From Candidatus Hydrogenedentota bacterium (GTDB lineage Bacteria; Hydrogenedentota; Hydrogenedentia; Hydrogenedentales; SLHB01): 10,923 nucleotides of DNA. Every line of letters begins with the position of its first letter. Position 1 is the stretch's first letter. The stretch is from NCBI GenBank assembly GCA_034408725.1, contig JAWXCN010000231.1, positions 1 to 10,923 on the forward strand, written 5' to 3'. Shown piece after piece: positions 6,537 to 10,923 of the stretch. Position numbers and translations under genes: made by a program. Below the pieces are notes generated by a model. It was not told where the DNA came from. It ran no database searches and saw only the letters and a program-made list of their open reading frames with translations.

Positions 6537-9142
6537 ACAGTAGCTTCCACCGCCATCAAATCAGGCAAGCGTTGCAAGAAGGTATCCCGCTTCATCACGC
6601 GCGCAGCCGAAGGTTCAAGTCCGATCAACAATGCGATCTCCCGCGGCCGCGCCGTGCGGCCATTAATGACGCAGGTGTCGAATTCTATGACGGCCTGCTC
6701 GTTCGCGGACTGCACGAGTTCGAGCCGCGCAATCATCGGGCGAATGTCGATGTCCTTTTTCTGCCGGCGTTCGCGCCCGCGGAAATCTTTGACCTTGACG
6801 TCGCGCTCAACCAGCACTTCATCCGCGCCTACTATCTCCGAAATGCGCGCACTGATGGATTCAGCGTCCCCGGTCGCGGTGAGCGAATACGCAAACCCCG
6901 AGCACGCGGCCATCAACGCGGGCGCGCGCAACGGCACCTCCTCGACCGACAACGCGCGGAATCCCGTCGCGAGCGTCGCTTGCACGCGATTCAACAATTC
7001 ACGCGGCTCGACGCACTCTTTCAACACGATGTCCATGTAATCGCCCATCGATTCCTCGCCGACAGGCGCGGCGGTCGCAAACGTAATCTTCGGGTGCGCG
7101 TGAAATCCTTGCGAATACGACAACGGCGCGCGCGCGCGGCGCAATGCGCGCACCCACGCATTCATCATCTCAAGATGCGACAGAAACTGCACCTCGCCAA
7201 TTCGCCCGATGCGGAACCGCAACCGTTGAACAGCTTCGGGTTCTACATACTTCTCAATCGGCGTGGGCTTCCAGTTCTGCTCGTCGATCCTGCCCTGCTT
7301 CTGCCGCTTGAGCATGTGCTTGCACAAATCGCGTTCGCGATAGATAACGCCGCAAAGGTGGCATTTACCCGCGCGGCAATCCTGCGCATGTTTCAATTCC
7401 ATCGCGCGCTGCCAATCTTCCTGAAACCACGATTTCGGAATCAGCATGTCGATATGGTCCCACGGCAACCGCTCATCCAGCGCCCGCTCGCGCAATGCAT
7501 CCTTCACATCGTAATTGGTGTCCTCGACCGCTTTAAGCCACGCCGGAAAATTCAGATACTCACCCCACGATTCGAGCCGCGCGCCATTCCGCCAAGCCGC
7601 CTCGAGCAAGTCTGCGCCGCGCCGGTCTGCGCGCGTGAGCAGTCCTTCGATGAAAGTTGTCTCAGGCTCGTGGCGTCCAAACTTAATCGCGGCGTGGTTT
7701 TTGAAACCACGTTCGAGAATTCCCTGCCGGCGATACGCCTCTTCGAGCGTGATTTGTTCGGCCCACTGAAACGGCGTGAACGGTTTCGGTACAAATGTCG
7801 ATACGCCTGTGTTCAGCTTCGCCTTGGGATTAAACGTGCGCCCCAGTTTCACTGTGCGCACACAAAGATCGACAATCGCTTCGACATCTTCGTCGCGCTC
7901 CGTAGGCAAGCCAATCATGAAATACGTTTTCACGTGGTTCCATCCGCGCTGGTATGCCTCGGATGACATGTTCAAAAGATCGTCATCAGGAATCCATTTA
8001 TTAATCAATGCGCGCAATCGCGGCGTCGCGGCCTCAGGCGCAAATGTCAACCCGCTGCGTCGCACCCCCGCAACCATGTCTGCCAGTTCCACGGAAAACG
8101 AATCCAGCCGCAACGAAGGCAGCGACACACTGACATTATCTTTCGCGGCGCGGCGCGCTGCCTGCTCAACCAACATCCGCGGCCGCGAGAAGTCGCACGT
8201 CGATAACGACACCAACGACACTTCTTCATACCCCGTCGCCGCGAGCGTGCGTTCCATCAGCTCATCGACTTTCTCAAGACTCCGTTCGCGCACGGGCCGC
8301 GTCACCATCCCCGCCTGGCAAAACCGGCAACCCTGCGTGCATCCTCGAAGCACTTCGAGTCCGACGCGATCATGCACCTGCTTCGTATACGGCACGATGT
8401 AGTTGGTGGGGAATGTAGCGCCATCGAGGTCCTGCACGGTCCGCTTGACGATCTTCGGCGCATCTTCCACAGGCAGGATGCGGCCATCCGGCAAGGTCTC
8501 GAACGGGTACAGTTCCGGCACGTAAATGCCGTCCAGCAGCGCCAGGGCTTCAAGTTTTTCCATGCGCGTTGCATTCTTCATTGTGCGCAAAAGGTCGACG
8601 ATCTCGAGAATCACGTCCTCACCTTCGCCAATCACGAAGAAATCCAAAAACGGCGCCAGCGGTTCAGGATTAAACACCGAAGGCCCGCCCGCCATCGTTA
8701 GCGGATGCGAATCGTCCCGGTCCTCCGTGCGCAACGGAATGCCCGAGAGATCAAGCGCATTCAGAATGTTCGTGTACGTCAATTCCGATTGCAGCGTAAA
8801 CCCGATAAGGTCCATCGCGCCCAGCGGATCTTTCGACTCATTCGTAAACAACGGCAACCCGCGCTCGCGCAATTTTGCCTCCATGTCCGGCGCGGGCGTG
8901 TACGCGCGCTCGCACCAGCACCAAGGCCGCTGATTGAGAATGGCATACAGAATCAAAATGCCCAGGTTCCCCAATCCAAGGTCATATAAGTCCGGAAACA
9001 CCAAAGCGACGCGCAATTCGACATCATTGAGGTCTTTATGCGTCGAATTCAGTTCCGTTCCCAGATACCGCGAAGGCTTCTGAACAGTCGGCAGAATCTC
9101 GCTGTACAGAACGTCACGTAATGCGCCGTTAGCAACCGGCAT
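6533..9142 (-). CDS. TIGR03960-type radical SAM protein fused to a TIGR03936/DUF2344-type C-terminal domain
   Basis: KPSRYLGTELN, FPDLYDLG, CxxxCxxC in RGCTQGCRFCQAG, SLPSLR, TFAPEA, FVPKPFTPFQW, LPWDHI; C-terminal FLSHLE...YSQGFHAHPKI. Start set at 9142 by SD AAAGGAG rather than 9187. Confidence 0.92.
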   Translation of the reverse strand: MPVANGALRDVLYSEILPTVQKPSRYLGTELNSTHKDLNDVELRVALVFPDLYDLGLGNLGILILYAILNQRPWCWCERAYTPAPDMEAKLRERGLPLFTNESKDPLGAMDLIGFTLQSELTYTNILNALDLSGIPLRTEDRDDSHPLTMAGGPSVFNPEPLAPFLDFFVIGEGEDVILEIVDLLRTMKNATRMEKLEALALLDGIYVPELYPFETLPDGRILPVEDAPKIVKRTVQDLDGATFPTNYIVPYTKQVHDRVGLEVLRGCTQGCRFCQAGMVTRPVRERSLEKVDELMERTLAATGYEEVSLVSLSTCDFSRPRMLVEQAARRAAKDNVSVSLPSLRLDSFSVELADMVAGVRRSGLTFAPEAATPRLRALINKWIPDDDLLNMSSEAYQRGWNHVKTYFMIGLPTERDEDVEAIVDLCVRTVKLGRTFNPKAKLNTGVSTFVPKPFTPFQWAEQITLEEAYRRQGILERGFKNHAAIKFGRHEPETTFIEGLLTRADRRGADLLEAAWRNGARLESWGEYLNFPAWLKAVEDTNYDVKDALRERALDERLPWDHIDMLIPKSWFQEDWQRAMELKHAQDCRAGKCHLCGVIYRERDLCKHMLKRQKQGRIDEQNWKPTPIEKYVEPEAVQRLRFRIGRIGEVQFLSHLEMMNAWVRALRRARAPLSYSQGFHAHPKITFATAAPVGEESMGDYMDIVLKECVEPRELLNRVQATLATGFRALSVEEVPLRAPALMAACSGFAYSLTATGDAESISARISEIVGADEVLVERDVKVKDFRGRERRQKKDIDIRPMIARLELVQSANEQAVIEFDTCVINGRTARPREIALLIGLEPSAARVMKRDTFLQRLPDLMAVEATV

Positions 9143-9212
9143 GTTTTGATCTACTCCTTTGAACGAAAAGGTTGCAGTGCAACCCATAAGCGCGGGCGAT
9201 GGGGCATCGAAT

Positions 9213-9242
9213 AGTATACACAGCCAAGATAGATCTTGTCAT
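9213..9242 (-). promoter_or_regulatory. Putative sigma70-type promoter of the radical SAM operon
   Basis: ATGACA (9242-9237), 18-nt spacer, TATACT (9218-9213). Confidence 0.5.
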
Positions 9243-9320
9243 GGCTTGGTAAGTCTGGCTGGAATTGTCAGGCCCAATTCGACAAACTACGGGCCGTTGA
9301 CAAGACTTCGGGGGATGTTT

Positions 9321-9983
9321 ATGACGAGAGTTGAATTGGCCGCAATGATCGACCACACACTCCTGCGGGCCGACGCCACGCAGTCCGAAATCGCCACACT
9401 CTGCGACGAGGCCACCCAATTCGGGTTCGCTGCGGTCTCGATCAACCCCGCCTGGGTGACATTTTGTGCAAAACGCTTGAGCGGTTCGGGGATGAACGTG
9501 AACGCAACCGTCGGTTTTCCGTTAGGCGCCAATACCGCCCGCATCAAGGTCGACGAAGCCAAAGAGGCGGTGAAGAACGGTGCGACTGAGCTGGACATGG
9601 TGATCAACGTCGGAGCTCTGAAGTCCGGCTATACGGACTTCGTCGAAAGCGAAATAGCCGCAGTCGTGAAGGCGGCGCGTGATGTCCCCGTGAAGATAAT
9701 TCTCGAAACGGGCTTTCTCACGCAGGGCGAAAAGGTCTCGGTATGCGAAATGTCGGCGCGGTCCGGCGCGGCGTTCGTGAAAACCTCGACAGGTTTTGGC
9801 CGCGCGGGAGCGACCACCGATGACGTGGCGCTCCTGCGCCAGATTGTCGGAAAGACGATGGGCGTAAAAGCCGCTGGCGGAATTCGAGGGTACGCGGACG
9901 CGATGGCGATGCTCGCCGCGGGGGCGAACCGGATAGGAACGAGTTCCGGCGTTGGAATACTCAAGGAAATGCCGATCGATTAA
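9321..9983 (+). CDS. deoC: Deoxyribose-phosphate aldolase
   Basis: IDHTLL, VGFPLG, ELDMVIN, KIILET, Schiff-base FVKTSTGF, VKAAGGIR, RIGTSS. Start at 9321 (GGGGG SD at 9310-9314; 9315 is an alternative) gives a typical 220 aa. Confidence 0.96.
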   Translation: MTRVELAAMIDHTLLRADATQSEIATLCDEATQFGFAAVSINPAWVTFCAKRLSGSGMNVNATVGFPLGANTARIKVDEAKEAVKNGATELDMVINVGALKSGYTDFVESEIAAVVKAARDVPVKIILETGFLTQGEKVSVCEMSARSGAAFVKTSTGFGRAGATTDDVALLRQIVGKTMGVKAAGGIRGYADAMAMLAAGANRIGTSSGVGILKEMPID

Positions 9984-9994
9984 AAACCCATTAG

Positions 9995-10193
9995 AGGCTT
10001 ATCCTAAAAAGACAGCGTTTGTTGACGAGGACTATTTGGACTGCGGTGGCGAAGCGGGTAGCGCAGACACCGCTTTGGCTGTTTATGGACGACGACTGTG
10101 TGCACGCACAGCAAGGGGTAGACCCATCTGTGACAAATAAGCCAAAGCGGTGCCTTTGAGGGCCGCCGCAGTCCAAATAGGCTTATCCTAAAA
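9995..10193. repeat. 15-bp perfect direct repeat AGGCTTATCCTAAAA
   Basis: Identical copies at 9995-10009 and 10179-10193. Confidence 0.85.
10032..10180. repeat. REP-like inverted doublet (REPIN-like)
   Basis: ctatttggactgcggtggc (10032-10050) pairs with gccgccgcagtccaaatag (10162-10180) at 18/19; caccgctttggct (10068-10080) pairs perfectly with agccaaagcggtg (10140-10152); each arm has an internal gcggtg...c(a/g)ccgc hairpin. Confidence 0.85.
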
Positions 10194-10224
10194 CCCGGAT
10201 TAACGGACGTACCGCCTCGAAAGC

Positions 10225-10923
10225 CTACAAACTCCCGGTCACGCGAAACGCGGGCGGAAAATGTTCGGTTTTCACGCCGCGCTCCGCAAAATGCCGCCCA
10301 AAACGCCGGAGCGGTTCCAGGTTCTCGACGGCGACAAGACTTCGCAACCGCCGCAACGATAGATTGTCGGTCGGCAGTCCAACCGCGGCGAGGTTTTCGC
10401 GGTCCAACGGCGGGCAGTAGCGGAGATAATGCAGCAGCGGCTGCTGCGCCGGCAAATCATTTTTCAGCGCACCCATTTCCCGGTCAATGGCGATAGAGGT
10501 CGGCGAATCTGAAATCCATTGCATGACCGTTTGCGTGTACGCCGACGCCTCGCTAATCAACAGTCTCGGCACATTCGACGCCCATCCCAACAGCGAATGC
10601 CACGGCTTCGCCACAAACTCCTCGTCAACTGCCCAATGACCCGTCCCAACGGATGCGAGCAGAAGATGCTCGGGACCCATCTTCCAGCGGAAGGGAAACC
10701 CCTGCAACGTCGCGATCCATAATAAATGGAGGCTTGGATCGTGTGTTGTCCCAACGCTCCCATCGATGAAGGTGGCGCGTTCGCCGAGACCTTCTATGGG
10801 CTGCGTGACCAGAAACGAATGCGGACTGAATACCGTTGGCGCCGCAGTGCTCGCCCGAACGAGGTCGGCAAGCCGGATGTCTTTGTTTTCTCCAAAAAAT
10901 TGCGCCTGGGGATGATTGAAGAA
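10225..10923 (-). CDS. Patatin-like phospholipase, C-terminal part (5' end outside the window)
   Basis: Frame is open from 10923: FFNHPQAQFFGENKDIRLADLVRASTAAPTVFSP...FIDGSVG...LLLASVGTG. RASTAAP, DG(S) and SVGTG are patatin motifs; the track start at 10707 is an internal TTG. Confidence 0.88.
   Translation of the reverse strand, partial: FFNHPQAQFFGENKDIRLADLVRASTAAPTVFSPHSFLVTQPIEGLGERATFIDGSVGTTHDPSLHLLWIATLQGFPFRWKMGPEHLLLASVGTGHWAVDEEFVAKPWHSLLGWASNVPRLLISEASAYTQTVMQWISDSPTSIAIDREMGALKNDLPAQQPLLHYLRYCPPLDRENLAAVGLPTDNLSLRRLRSLVAVENLEPLRRFGRHFAERGVKTEHFPPAFRVTGSL

Noticed and set aside
6446-7966. 506-aa plus-strand ORF
   Set aside because: Antisense shadow of the radical SAM gene; R/H/Q-rich with no domain signature.
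5089-9142. RiPP cluster (peptide with GG motifs plus GNAT plus radical SAM)
   Set aside because: The radical SAM is TIGR03960-type with no SPASM or RRE features, the peptide is on the opposite strand and lacks a typical double-glycine leader, and no peptidase-transporter is present.
9143-9320. N-terminal extensions of deoC (from 9159) and of the radical SAM gene (from 9187)
   Set aside because: They would overlap each other; better SD-linked starts exist at 9321 and 9142.
3103-9998. TTAGAGGC at both 3103-3110 and 9991-9998 as island boundaries
   Set aside because: Only 8 bp; the first copy is toxin coding sequence, the interval contains housekeeping genes and there is no integrase.
9952-10176. 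Small ORFs 9952-10140 (+) and 9991-10176 (-)
   Set aside because: Both contain DCGG because they read through the inverted repeat arms; not credible genes.
9995-10193. Possible mini CRISPR array or tRNA
   Set aside because: Only two 15-bp repeats 184 bp apart, no cas genes, and no cloverleaf or T-loop signature.
10708-10923. Patatin pseudogene or truncation suggested by the short track ORF
   Set aside because: The frame is open to the window edge; the short call is an artefact of requiring a start codon.

Overview
Bacterial chromosomal window, GC-rich and gene-dense. Left to right: 5' end of a fused isobutyryl-CoA mutase (icmF, minus strand, absent from the ORF track); a REP-like inverted doublet; a small basic DUF6496 protein; a DUF485 plus actP-like symporter operon; a convergent antitoxin/RelE-ParE-like toxin pair whose promoter suggests leaderless translation; a secreted beta-helix protein; an unannotated 31-aa amphipathic peptide ORF with a strong RBS and its own terminator; a minus-strand operon (TIGR03960/TIGR03936-type radical SAM fusion, secreted hypothetical protein, AAC(6')-I-like GNAT); deoC; a second REP-like doublet flanked by 15-bp direct repeats; and the 3' part of a patatin-like phospholipase. 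The least explained items are the small peptide gene (5089-5184) and the two related REP doublets. All family assignments come from motif recognition by eye; no searches were run.
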